Source of the DNA: Anthoceros angustus
Taxonomy: Eukaryota > Plantae > Anthocerotophyta
Length of the DNA: 64,000 bases
Reading direction: 5' to 3'
NCBI GenBank assembly: GCA_010909165.1
Contig: MU008172.1
Coordinates: 992,001 to 1,056,000 of the forward strand
Shown here: piece by piece, positions 12,400 through 23,986 of the stretch
How the letters are laid out: every line of letters starts with the position of its first letter
Position numbering within the stretch: the first letter of the stretch is position 1
Notes under the pieces: generated by a model
The model's database searches: none
Seen by the model: only the letters and a program-made list of their open reading frames with translations
What the model was told of the DNA's origin: nothing
Program-made: the position numbers and the translations under genes

Positions 12400-13411
12400 T
12401 GAATGCACAAACAGGTTTGCACACCCAACGTGGCAGTGTGCAAGCTTGTTTGTGCAAAACGAACAAGAAGATCCAGGTGCACAAGCATATTTGCGCACCC
12501 GGAGGCAAGAAGATCTAGGTGTGCGCACCCAGGGCAAGAAGACCCATCGCGCACCATAGGGCAAGAAGGCCCTGGTGCATGCACCTTGGGGCAAAAAGTG
12601 CTTGGTCCGTGCACTTGGGAGCAAGGGGGCTCTATGCGTGCACCTCGAGGTAAGGGGGCCACACACCTGGGATTAAGAAGGCCTTGGGGGCATGAACCCA
12701 TATGGTTCATGCGGTTCATTCCCATAAAAAAATGAGCAAAAAATCGAAAACAATATAAACAGGACCCAAAAAATTCCAGTTTTTGGTGGCTAAAATGTGT
12801 TTTTTGCAGTTTTCTCGTATTTGTTTTGATTTTTTTGTTGTTTTAAAGAGTTCTTGTTGACGTTTTCAATCCTTTTGTGCACCTCCCAAATCTGAATATG
12901 TCTTCATCTTGACTTAACCCTCATCATTTCTCTCGTGATCAAAACTAGTGAGGACTTTTTACATCTTTTGAATCTTGAGACGTTTATCGTGGGCTCAACT
13001 CCAAGTGCAAACCATACCAATCTATTCTAGCACTGCACGCGGATCAAGAGCATTAGGTCAACGAAGATGTTATCGTTCTAATGTTTGCGAGACAAAGTCT
13101 ACTAGAATTTCAGAAGCAAGAGTACAATGTTAGGATTGATTTGTGCGAGTGAAAGGTTGTTTGCGCACCAGAATCACAGCATGGGCCTTGAAAACTCTAA
13201 ATGTTTGTACACATGCCGGTCGTGAGATTGGCCATTTTTAAATCAGGAGACCTCAAAATTTGATCAAGTTTAAAATCAAATACATTTGTATACGCGTAAA
13301 TAAGACCTAAACTCTTTGAAATGGCCGATTTTTGACATGCAATTTAGGCTTCGCGGAAGTCCGTGTGCAAAAAAGGGGTTACTAGAGAAACCTCTTTCTG
13401 CCCAGATGCTG
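12400..13411 (-). mobile_element. Partial inverted copy of the TIR element family at 52557-55143
   Basis: The reverse complement aligns by eye with 52558-54560. Shared stretches include gatgagggttaagt...gtgcacaaaa...ctttaaaacaacaaaaa, catgaacc...ggttcatg, tgctcttgatcc and the terminal gagaaacc...cagatgct. Confidence 0.75.
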
Positions 13412-14199
13412 TTATATGCACCAATCTCAAACACCATAATCATGGAAGGGGGTTAATAAACACCAAGGAGGTTTTCATCCAATATGGTCCGAAGGGAAAC
13501 CCGTTTGGGATGGGTCACACTTAGAGGCTTTGGACAACTTCATTCCAAAAAAGCAACAAAAAAAAGGTTGCATAATGGCTGGAATCGTTGTCTAGAGTAG
13601 TGGCTACATCACACAAAAGGTGAGGAGTATAGTCCGCTCATCAGAATTGTCCATAGCATGACCCATGTTTGCTCAGTATTAGTGCCCGGAATGACAAATG
13701 GGGAACGGAGTTGTCAAGATACAGTGTTTAAAGATTCCAGGCAATCCTCACAGTCATCAGTGCAAAAGAATGATAGTTTTTTTCCAAACGTCTCCCTGGA
13801 ACCCTTAAGTGTGTCGTTCTTGTCAAGCACGAGCCTTCCGGGCATCGGTGGGAGAACTCTCGGCATGCCATGATGGAGGATTTGTAGATGGGCATGGAAG
13901 GCTTACATACTATATGCCGAACAACATGCACACTAACTGGGCTTGGTGCACAAAAGGGATTCTATTCTCCTGAAGGTTGGTTCAAAAGGAAGGGCGCCGG
14001 CCAGCCGGCGCCTTCCCATATATCCATGTGGCCGGCATTACATACTAACTCCAACACATGTGACTCCTACTTTCTCATCTTTCACTCACCGGAGGATAGT
14101 ACAAAATATCGTTAACTATCACTAACATGATCACCCCACTTTGACCCTAACACATAGCGGTCAATAGAAGTGGACAGTCAACAAAACCCCTTGTCTACC

Positions 14200-17100
14200 G
14201 ATCTCAAATGTTGGTCGCCTCTACTTCATGAACTTTGTCATTTATCTGTCGAATTGACACCTTCCTCCTCTGAGTGCCCAACGTCCTCACCGTCATCATG
14301 GCATACTGATGATTACGGGAATTCAAACTGAACCCATAATACAAGATGACAATTTTATTGATGAAAACTTCTTGAATATTCTTCGGGTAATTCGCCTTCC
14401 CACCCTTTTTCCTTCCATTCCCAGCTGTCTGAGTGGATGGGACGCAAATTGCATATTCTTCCACGTATCTGCCTTCATATGCATCTGTGTGCTCAGTCTT
14501 GAACCAGTGAACCAGAAAATGAGGTTATGCTGCATCCTCACTTGAATAATTTTCCCAACCAAGAAAGGTCGGTTGTGCGTATCGGTGGTGCAAGGGATTG
14601 CAATGAACATTCCTTCTTTTATGTCACTTACATCTCCATTCAAACGTGCCATTTCCTATTGCTGCCTTCCCAAATGTTGGTAAGCCCCCAAGTACATATC
14701 CCTTTGGGAGAGGTCTCTTAGCAATGCCTTGTCAAGGATAGCTTCCTCGGGAACTTAGAGTGGTTGTGTTGTTTCTTCCAATTCCATCTAGGAGAACCAT
14801 GTCCACTGCCTCGTGAAAAGTAGCCAATATATTCTCCACTGCGATTTCTTCTTGGTCCACCAAGAATGCTTCCCACCATCTAAAATCTTCCACGATCCGC
14901 CTTCATATGCATCCGTGTGCCTGGGCCTTGAACCATGAACCGAAAATGAGGTTATGCTGCATCCTCACTTGAATAATTTTCCCAACCAAGAAAGGATGCG
15001 ATCGGTGGTGCAAGGGATTGCAATGAACATTCCTTCTTTTATGTCACTTACATCTCCATTCAAACGTGCCATTTCCTATTGCTGCCTTCCCAAATGTTGG
15101 TAAGCCCCCAAGTACATATCCCTTTGGGAGAGGTCTCTTAGCAATGCCTTGTCAAGGATAGCTTCCTCGGGAACTTAGAGTGGTTGTGTTGTTTCTTCCA
15201 ATTCCATCTAGGAGAACCATGTCCACGGTTCCTGTAGTGCGAGCCGAATATTATTCTCCACTGCGATTTCTTCTTGGTCCACCAAGAATGCTTCCCACCA
15301 TCTAAAATCTTCCACAGTTACATATGGCCGCAGCTCGAACTACAAGAATTGCATGTGTTTTACAACATATTTTACAACATAATTTACAATCTCGCGTTGT
15401 AAAAACGGACATTTACACGTTTGTAAACTGACAGCTTAACTTGGTTGTAAAATTGCTGACGTGATCGGAAAGACCCTCTTTCAAATCGAAGGGACAAATT
15501 TCAAAAACTCCAAACCGGCTTCGGTTTCCCAATACATCGATGTCAAATATTGCTTACCCCTAATTACTGCCACAAGCCCACGGTCTCCTTTCTCTTCTTT
15601 GGTTATCTTAAACTGATGCTGGAATGATAAGTTGTTCAATTTTTTTACCGCTGAAGAGTATGCCTAGCAACCATTGCCTTATCTAATCGGCCATACATAT
15701 GACCGCAAGTCCGGGACCTCCTTCAAAACTTTGACCTCCAGTGTAGGCGTATAGGCATCAACCAGAATCTCCGACAACGTGGAAAGAGTGTGGGCCTCCT
15801 TGTGCTTCAAGCTTTTGGAAAAGCAAGAGAACGTATGGTCGATTTGATCATGAATGTGTCCAACCAGGAGGAAACTCACCTTCACCTTTTGAAATGTCCC
15901 CATATCAACTAGCATCTTTAAATACGCAAATAGCACCTGGTTCTTGTTTTCCCGGCAAGTATTGTCAAGCTGCAAATAAAGCACTTTGGGTAGCACTCCT
16001 TTATAATTATGTACGACATCTTGTATGATCCTGATAGTTAGATTCGCATCGTTCGGCAAATTGGCATAGTGCAAAAACATCTTTGCTACGTAGGTATAGT
16101 TGTGGATCATGCAGCCCACCACGTGGACAGATACACGGGAATCCTCATCTAGATTCTTGGGCCATCGGAGAAAGTGTAGAATCCCAGTCTTCTTCTGGTC
16201 CACCCATCTATAGCCAGCAACATGTACTTATCCGGTTCCCTGTAACTCTTTTCACGATGTTTTGCCATTTTTTTCCGCTCCTCGCGTAGCCGCACATGGT
16301 GCGAGTCCAACGCAGCTTGATATTTTTTGTGCACATAGACACAAGTTTCAATTCATCGGAGACAATCAGAATTCATATTTTATACACAATGGGTTAGAGG
16401 CGAGCGCCGGCTTGGCAGTGCCCACCCCACGCTTCTGGCCCATCAACCTGCAAGGACATAATCCAAGAACACCACCGCACACATTAAACTGAAGCAGGGG
16501 ACCACCACCTCTTTACACAAATCTTTACCATCATTCGTAATCCAAAACGGTCAAAACTTAGCGTCAGGTATATGTATGATCCAAAAAAACTTGATTCATC
16601 CGCAGTGGCAGTGGGCGCCGGCAGGCCGGCGCCAGCCTACTGCCCCTGAGTAACCTACACATTCAATGAACTAAGGAATCAGACTAGACCTTTTCAACCA
16701 GGGGGCCAGCCATCACCTCCGAACTGAAAGCTAAAATACGAAACTCCTACATGAAACAAAATTACAAAACCATCATTGAACCATGGGGTGGGCGCCGGCG
16801 GGCCAGCGCCCACCTCGTGGAGAGACACATCTGCAACCCATCTGCACCCCAACTGCACATTCGGCGCACACGATGCTTGCACACTTAGAACTTGGGGATG
16901 AACCTGAAAACACATTTCTAGCCTAACGTGGTTTGTATTAGTTACACGGTAATGTCTACCTTGATCAACCTTCTAAGTTGTATTTCGAATAGTGGTCTTT
17001 AGCCCTGCACATATTGAGCATGTCGAGAACCCATTGGATTTCAGAATCTTCACTCAGCTGAAGTTGGATTTCCATAACTTCAGTTGGAAACCAAGCGTAC

Positions 17101-17800
17101 GTCACAAACTGCAGACCAGAGCTTTCACACTGGCATTTGTATAATGCCCATATCTCCAACTTTGTATAAGTGTCAAGCAAGTTATAGACCTCCACGTTCG
17201 GAAGTCTCTCGGCCATGAACAAAAAAGCATTGTCGCTATAGCACCAAGTGCATGACGAGACTAATACACTGGGTTTGTTCTAAACTATTCCACAAGGCAT
17301 TCCTCAGGACCTAGCTCGCTTTCAGTTCCTCATATCTGTTGTATCCCATACAGTATACTCTTCTAAATGCCTTCACACAACACTGTAGTGGGACCGATCC
17401 CATAACATGTGTCAACACTTTCTCTTTGTTGTTTTCACTCCGGTCGCGATGCACGAGGGATTGAAGAAAGGTCTCCTGCTCTTGTCTGCACATTCTGAGG
17501 AACCTCTATCGTTGCTCCTGAAGCCCTTGCTTGGTCAACCTCTACATGCACATCTGGTTGCAACACGGTTTCAGAAAATCTGCCAGCAACCTTTGTTGTC
17601 TACAGCCGCCAAAACTAAATGCCTTGGCGCGGAAGGCACATCATTGCAAATATGCCGAAGGATCTGCAACGGTAGATCTTGTCGGCCACGTGGCACAACG
17701 CCTCTTAATTGTTTACTCCAAATTGGTATTAGCCTGTACGGCTTTTGCCTCTTAGGCATTACCGGTCGGACCTCAAAATAGCGCTTCATTTAAGCATGGT
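14200..17800 (-). mobile_element. Decayed DDD-type DNA transposase (DUF7869/Sola-like), with stops and frameshifts
   Basis: LYLQLDNTCRENKNQ...FLLVGHIHDQIDHTFS, upstream ERLPN...TKLEIWALYK and Cys-rich N-terminal fragments, C-terminal MFIAIP...PFLVGKI. Confidence 0.75.
14471..15315. repeat. Tandem duplication of about 425 bp inside the transposase relic
   Basis: gccttcatatgcatc... starts at 14471 and 14899; the copies are near-identical through to taaaatcttccac. Confidence 0.9.
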
Positions 17801-18373
17801 TTTGAATGACAATTATGTTCAAAGGAAGCCAGCAAATGCACATGATGTCACGCAAATGGGGTTTCATACTCCTAATCGAAGTGGAGAGTAATCAAGAGCA
17901 AAAAACAACCCGGAAAACAAGACATATCTTTATTATGTTTTTTAATTTTACCACAGTAGTTTTATCTTGATAGTAACCTTCAGTAAGTAGCTATTTGCAC
18001 GACAAAGCCCAAACATATATTGGGGAGCTCGTATGGACTAGATAGTTTTTATTCAATACCTAGGAAGAAAAGAGCGAGTATTTTGACTGGAAGGTAGGCT
18101 ACATGTGCAGCTGAACGGTTTAGGTTAGACACAGACGAGGGTACCTAGAAAGAATATCGGGGCCGGAACTTGTGTCGAAGGGGAAGAAGCGGGTTTGCAT
18201 GTGCCGAGAGAAGAGTCCTACTTAAACCGGCAGCGGCAACCTCGGTTGCGTCAGTGCATATTTTGCCCGGTTATGTGCCTCAGGGTCAGACATCACCTTG
18301 CCTGTTTCTGGCCTCCGGTTGTGCGCTCGCGTTGGCCTCCTCTCCTCCTCCTTCTCCTCCTGTGAGCGGAGCC

Positions 18374-19522
18374 ATGGGGAAGGGAGGCAGCATGGCGTTG
18401 CAGGAGCAGCAGAAGCAGCAGCACGAAGAGGTGCACAAGGGGCGGGCTCCCTCAAGCAAGCCTCCCTTCACTGTGGGGCAGCTGAAGCGCGCCATCCCGG
18501 CGCACTGCTTCCAGCGATCGCTGCTCATGTCGGCGTCCTACCTGGTGGTGGATCTGGCGGTGATAGCGGCTCTAGCGTGGGCGACGGCCTTCATCCCGGA
18601 GTCGGGCCCGCTGGCGTGGGCGGGCTGGGTGGCGTATTGGTGCGTGCAGGGGTGCGTGGCCACGGGCGTGTGGGTTATCGCTCACGAGTGCGGGCACCAG
18701 GCCTTCTGCGAGCACGGGTGGATCAACGACTTGGTGGGACTGGTGCTGCATTCCTGCCTCCTGGTGCCCTATTTTTCTTGGAAGTACAGCCACCGGCGGC
18801 ATCACAGCAACACCGGCAGCGTGGAGAGGGACGAGGTGTTTGTTCCCAAGGCCAAGCACCAGCTGGGCCCGGCGTCCGCGTGGCTCAACCACCCCGCGGG
18901 CCGCCTCGTGCAGATCGCGGTCATGCTCACCCTGGGCTGGCCTGCCTACCTCACCTTCAACGTTTCGGGGCGGCCCTACCCCAGGTTCGCCTCCCACTTC
19001 GACCCCAAGGGCCCCATCTTCGGCAGCCGGGAGCAGATGTTCGTGCTGCTCAGCGACGCGGCCCTGGCGGCGGTGGTGGCGGGCCTCTACTTGCTCGGTT
19101 CCTCCTTCGGCTTCCTGGCCCTCTTCAAGCTCTACGGCGTGCCCCTGCTCATCGTGAACGCCTTCTTGGTGCTCATCACCTTCTTGCAGCACACGCACCC
19201 GGCGCTGCCGCACTACGACTCGAGCGAGTGGGACTGGCTGCGCGGCGCCCTGGCCACTGTGGACCGCGACTGGGGCATCCTCAACAAGGTCTTCCACCAC
19301 ATCACCGACACGCACGTCGTGCACCATATGTTCTCCACCATGCCGCACTACCACGCGCAGGAGGCGACCCTGGCTGTGAAGCCCATCCTGGGCCAGTATT
19401 ATCAGTTCGACAGCACCCCCGTGCATCGGGCGCTGTGGCGGGAATGCACTCAATGTGTCTACGTGGAGAGCGACTCCGGAGATCACAAGGGTGTCCTCTG
19501 GTTCAGCAACAAGCTGCATTAG
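18374..19522 (+). CDS. FAD2: Omega-6 (delta-12) fatty acid desaturase, single coding exon, 382 aa
   Basis: MGKGG start, three His boxes (HECGH, HRRHH, HVVHH) and [16 protein letters not shown]. Confidence 0.97.
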   Translation: MGKGGSMALQEQQKQQHEEVHKGRAPSSKPPFTVGQLKRAIPAHCFQRSLLMSASYLVVDLAVIAALAWATAFIPESGPLAWAGWVAYWCVQGCVATGVWVIAHECGHQAFCEHGWINDLVGLVLHSCLLVPYFSWKYSHRRHHSNTGSVERDEVFVPKAKHQLGPASAWLNHPAGRLVQIAVMLTLGWPAYLTFNVSGRPYPRFASHFDPKGPIFGSREQMFVLLSDAALAAVVAGLYLLGSSFGFLALFKLYGVPLLIVNAFLVLITFLQHTHPALPHYDSSEWDWLRGALATVDRDWGILNKVFHHITDTHVVHHMFSTMPHYHAQEATLAVKPILGQYYQFDSTPVHRALWRECTQCVYVESDSGDHKGVLWFSNKLH

Positions 19523-20303
19523 GCTCCCTTTTTTTCCCCACCACCATTTCAGCCTTCAGCTTTGGCTTGTCCTTCATTCCCCTCCCCTCCTCTCCTCCAA
19601 TATTCCGGAGTGGACTTCCCCAGGCTCATTCATGCATGGCTCGAAGGGTCACGCAAATTTCTCCCCTAATTTCTAGGCGAGACACTCATGGCGCATTCAT
19701 ATTAGGTCAGGTCAGGTCAGATCATGCGGCTTTAGTGTTATGCCCAGCGGTGAATGTTCAAAGTGCTCATTCAAAGTGCCCATTCAAAGTGCTCACTACT
19801 CACAAACATCAATTTGTCTCATAATGTAGCACACTCTGGCTGATCACAGATGTACAGACCTAATTTCTGATTTGACCCTATTTCAGTGACGCTTGTCACA
19901 AACATGGGTACTTCAGTTCCAGTTGCTGTCTTGTCGCTGGAAACCTGTTGTTGCGGGAGTATGACGAAATCTTGGTGCTGGCCTGGAAAGGAAGGGGCCA
20001 AGTGTTGGGTGCCTATTAGTGCTCCCATCCGGTAATGCACGAATGAGTGAGAGAGTTGCCCAGTGAGCGGGCGAGATGCTGATTCCCTGCTCTGGATCTG
20101 GAGCCTGTCGAGTGCGAGAAAGGAGGCGCCGCAGAAGGCAAGGCCAAAGTAGAGTGTCAGGCGGCGGGCCCCGGGCCCCGGGGAAGAGCAACTGTCCGAA
20201 CATCCCGCGGTCTGATTGCGCCGGGACCGCCGGAATCTCGTGAGGCATGAAATCTTCTTGCTGCTCTTTGTCCCGGTGTGCTACGCATGCGTAAAGTACG
20301 TTT

Positions 20304-20735
20304 CTACCAGGAGATGGCGGTGTAAAATAGGGCAGCAGCGCATGCAATCACCACTGAGCAGAAGGAGGACATGACCAGGTCCAGAGCCATGGAGCCGTGG
20401 CGTTGGAAGAAGTCGGCTGGAATTGCGACGTAGTCCCGGGGTGACTTCTCGGTGGGGACAACGAGAAATCGGGAAGGTGGAGGCGGTGCCGCCCATGCGC
20501 TTGTGGGAGCTTCCGTCAGGACCAGCGCCCTCTCGAAGGCGACATGCAGCGACAGACCGAACACGGAGAGGAGCACCAGGGCGATGAGGGTGAGGGACAA
20601 GGCTCTCTTGGGGGAGGACTGGTGGAAGAAGGCGTGAGGGGAGAAGGTGGAGGATATGAATTCGCGTAGGTGGTAGGCAAGTGACAGCAGCAGGGTTGCG
20701 CACAGATTTGCGGCCAGAGATGGGAGAGATGGCAT
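20304..20735 (-). CDS. Small membrane protein of unknown function (about 143 aa)
   Basis: Single ORF with ATG at 20735, three hydrophobic segments and a conserved-looking RFLVVPTE...DYVAIPADFF stretch. Head-to-head with the BBOF1-like gene. Confidence 0.5.
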   Translation of the reverse strand: MPSLPSLAANLCATLLLSLAYHLREFISSTFSPHAFFHQSSPKRALSLTLIALVLLSVFGLSLHVAFERALVLTEAPTSAWAAPPPPSRFLVVPTEKSPRDYVAIPADFFQRHGSMALDLVMSSFCSVVIACAAALFYTAISW

Positions 20736-20960
20736 CTTGGGGGATCTGCACTGGATCTGGATCTGGACCTGGACCTCTTCTGTGATGTGAGGAAACACAC
20801 AACACACACGCACCCACCCGCAGGCCCCTGAGGGACGAAGAACGGTTGGTTATTTCGGTTAGCCTTCTGCTGTCAGCTGACTGGAAACCCACGATTGAGG
20901 GCCTCGGAAGCCCACACGTTAAACTCTGTGCCGCCTGCACCCCAGCCAGGCTGCTCCAAA

Positions 20961-23671
20961 ATGGCGTCCGTCAGTCCCATCAAGAAGCCGGCCAAGCCGG
21001 CTGCTGGTGCCAAGGAGCTGGTATCCGAAGCCCAGTCCGTGCTGGACATGATAGAGGCTGCTGGACGACCTCCACCCAACATGGACGTCTACCAAGTGTA
21101 TGCTTTACCACTGCCGCCTCCGCCTCCTCTTGATTCCTGTCTCCTTTGCTGCCAGAGGCCCACTGGACAATGCTTGCTTGCACTGCCAGGCTGCAGCAGA
21201 CAACCATCGAGGAGGCCAGGCTTTACATCGACAGGCTGGTCCGTGAGATGGAGCGGGTTGATGCGGAGAGCAAAGTTACCCGGAATGAAGCTGTAAATGC
21301 CGCTGCCGCCTAGGCTCCCGTTCTTCCCGGTGCACGCAGCCTGCAACATTCTTTCTCCTCACATCTCCTTGCTTGTACTCTGCAGTTTGCTTTGCAAGAG
21401 TATTTCCAAGCAGACGTGGACACCAAACAGAAGCGCATAGAGGAGCTGGAAACAAAACTTGCACAGGTGCGGCACTCTCGGAGGCTAGGAATGCCAGGGA
21501 AGATGAAGCTTTCCTCAACTGCAACAAGCCCAGTGATGAATATCCCCCTGTGGCCTGTCACACATAGGGCAGCGGGAGGGAGAGCTTGAAGCCCTGCAAA
21601 CCGGAAGAGCAGAGGAGATTCGCGCCATCACTGTGCAATCCCGAGAGGACAAAGCCAGGGCTTGTGAAGCGCTCAACCAACAGATCAAGGCGTTGAAGGA
21701 TGAGTTGCATTCTGTAGCCGAGTTCCGGAAGCATCAGGTAGCCGTAGCACAAACACTGCGTGGGATATTAATTCATGCCAAAACTTGATCCCATCCTCAT
21801 CTCTTGCTTCACATGCAGTATCAAGTGCCAACCGGATGCTAGGACGTCACCACAGTAGTTGTCCAGCCTCGCACCTGATGCACACGACACTCTTCATTCC
21901 CACTCCTTTTCATGCACGGTTTTGAAAAGGAGGAATGATATCAGTTTCCTCACAAACTGGGGCTTGTCGTGGCTTACTGAACTCAGCTTGAGGTTGAAGA
22001 GGAGTGTGCAAAAGCAAAGCAGGAGACGGCAGATATGAGATACAGAGAAAAGCATCTCGTTCCCGACCTAGAGAGGCATTGGTTTGAGCAGGCAAGTTTA
22101 TAGAGACGCAACTCCGTCCCCCCCGCCCACAAGCAGCGACTTCTTCCATTGTCCTAAGAGAGTGCAAGGCGCTTGCAGAACAATCATGTGAAGAAGGAGT
22201 ACGAGCAGAAGCTTGAGCAGGTGAAGGCTGAACTTTGGGTGGAAATTGAGGAGCGCATGACATCGCGATTTCGTCATATCCTGAAAGAGGCAAGAATCGA
22301 CATATGTCAACGTTTTCAACAATGCAACCGATTTGTAGGCATGGTAATAACTCAGACTGTGGGTCTCCACTTAGCAGAATCAGCGCCTAGTAGAGGAGCT
22401 AAGGGTTCAGATTGAAGGGGGCTACAGGCTACAAGTAGAAAGAGACATGTTCCAGGCTAAAAATGCAGCTTTAGCACACGATATGAGTTTGCTCAAAGAA
22501 TCTGAGGTCCTTTACATCAAACGGGGCAACCACCAGTCCAAATTGATTGCAGAAAACTCCACCAAGGTACTAAACACGCAATGATTATGAAGAAGCCACG
22601 CATTCTTGTGTGTAGCTGCACACAGGAATGCTGTGTAGCTTCCTCCAATGCATCTCATGGCTTCTCACACTACAATCCATACAGGTTGAAAATCTTGAGA
22701 AAAGCTTAAGAAAGGTTATCCGCCAATACAGTGGGGAGCGAAGAGCAATGGAAGAACATCACCAGAATAGCATTGCGGAGATTGAGGCAGAGCAACAGGT
22801 ACTTGCTGAGTGCAACTACATCATACGTCTGGCCCCTGCAAAAGTAACATATATTGCTACCTTTTACAGTTGAATAGAACGCAAAGAACATACAAATCTC
22901 TGCTTGACGTACAGTCCGAAAAATCATATACTGCAGGCGCTGCGGAGAGTCATTGTATCACAGACAAAGGAGCTGAAAAAAGTCCGACGCCTTGCCTCAC
23001 TTGTTCTAAAGCAGCGTGGGGAGGTTGAGCAATTCCTCATTGAATCCATACAACATGTTCAGGCACAAAAGCTGTTAGCAGTCCAAGGGGGAAAGCAGGA
23101 TGACATGACAAGTACAGGATACCGTGGTGGCAAAGGGAATACAGATTACCTTCGGTCATCGCCAATGTTTCCTTCAATCCAGGGTGACAAGGAAAACATA
23201 GAAGTAGGGACAAACAAAAAGGTTAGATTCAACTCACAATCAAAGAAAGAGGCGGCGCTGCTCAGCCTGTTTGGACAAAAGAAGATGGATCAGCCCCAGG
23301 CCCAAAGAGGCCCAAGTGGGGGCCTATTGCAGAGGGGATCAGCAGAATTTCCGTTGCCTCAAGGCCGAGGTGATGTTACTCAACGGATCAGAAAAGCTCT
23401 CCCCAGTGACCAGGCACTGATGGACCAATACGACCAAAAGGAGCTGAATGTGTTGGCTAGCCTTGGGGATAAGCCATTGGTGCGGATCAAGCCCAAGGTT
23501 GACATCTCCGAGCTCACTTGGAGTGAGCGAGAGAAGGTATTGAGGTATGTCTTCAACAAGATCAACGCTGTGCATCAGAAGCTAGTGCTGCCCACTCTGA
23601 AGCCAGACGATGACGATGACAACGTGACCTACGGATCCATCAGTGATGCTGGAAGGCCCAACATAGTGTGA
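20961..23671 (+). CDS. BBOF1: Basal body-orientation factor 1-like coiled-coil protein, multi-exon
   Basis: Long coiled-coil exons. KVRRLASLVLKQRGEVEQFLIESIQHV and VDISELTWSEREKVLRYVFNKIN resemble the BBOF1/CCDC176 central and C-terminal blocks as recalled. Confidence 0.7.
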
Positions 23672-23986
23672 ACAGAACTCTGAAGGCTAGCTTTCAGTTT
23701 GGTCACAACCGGTTATCTCCTTGTCCACTTATCCAGAAAGCTGGCGAAACCGTCCGGGCCCGCGACACCATCGTTCTCTGCTGTGTTCGTTCATCAGGCA
23801 TCAAGTTATCTCTGCAGTCTAAGCAGCCATGCCGACATGGTGGACAGGCTTGCTAGGATACGAGCGACAGTGGTGACAAAATGTTATTCCAACTTGGAAA
23901 GCGCTGCTCTTGTACATAAACTGATGAAAGGGTTGACAAAAGAAAAAAATTGGGCAAAAGAACCAGGTAGTGGCACAAATGTCTCC

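Noticed and set aside
18298-19824. 508-aa and 315-aa alternative/antisense ORFs over FAD2
   Set aside because: Shadow ORFs caused by high GC3 and stop scarcity; low-complexity Ala/Gly/Arg composition.
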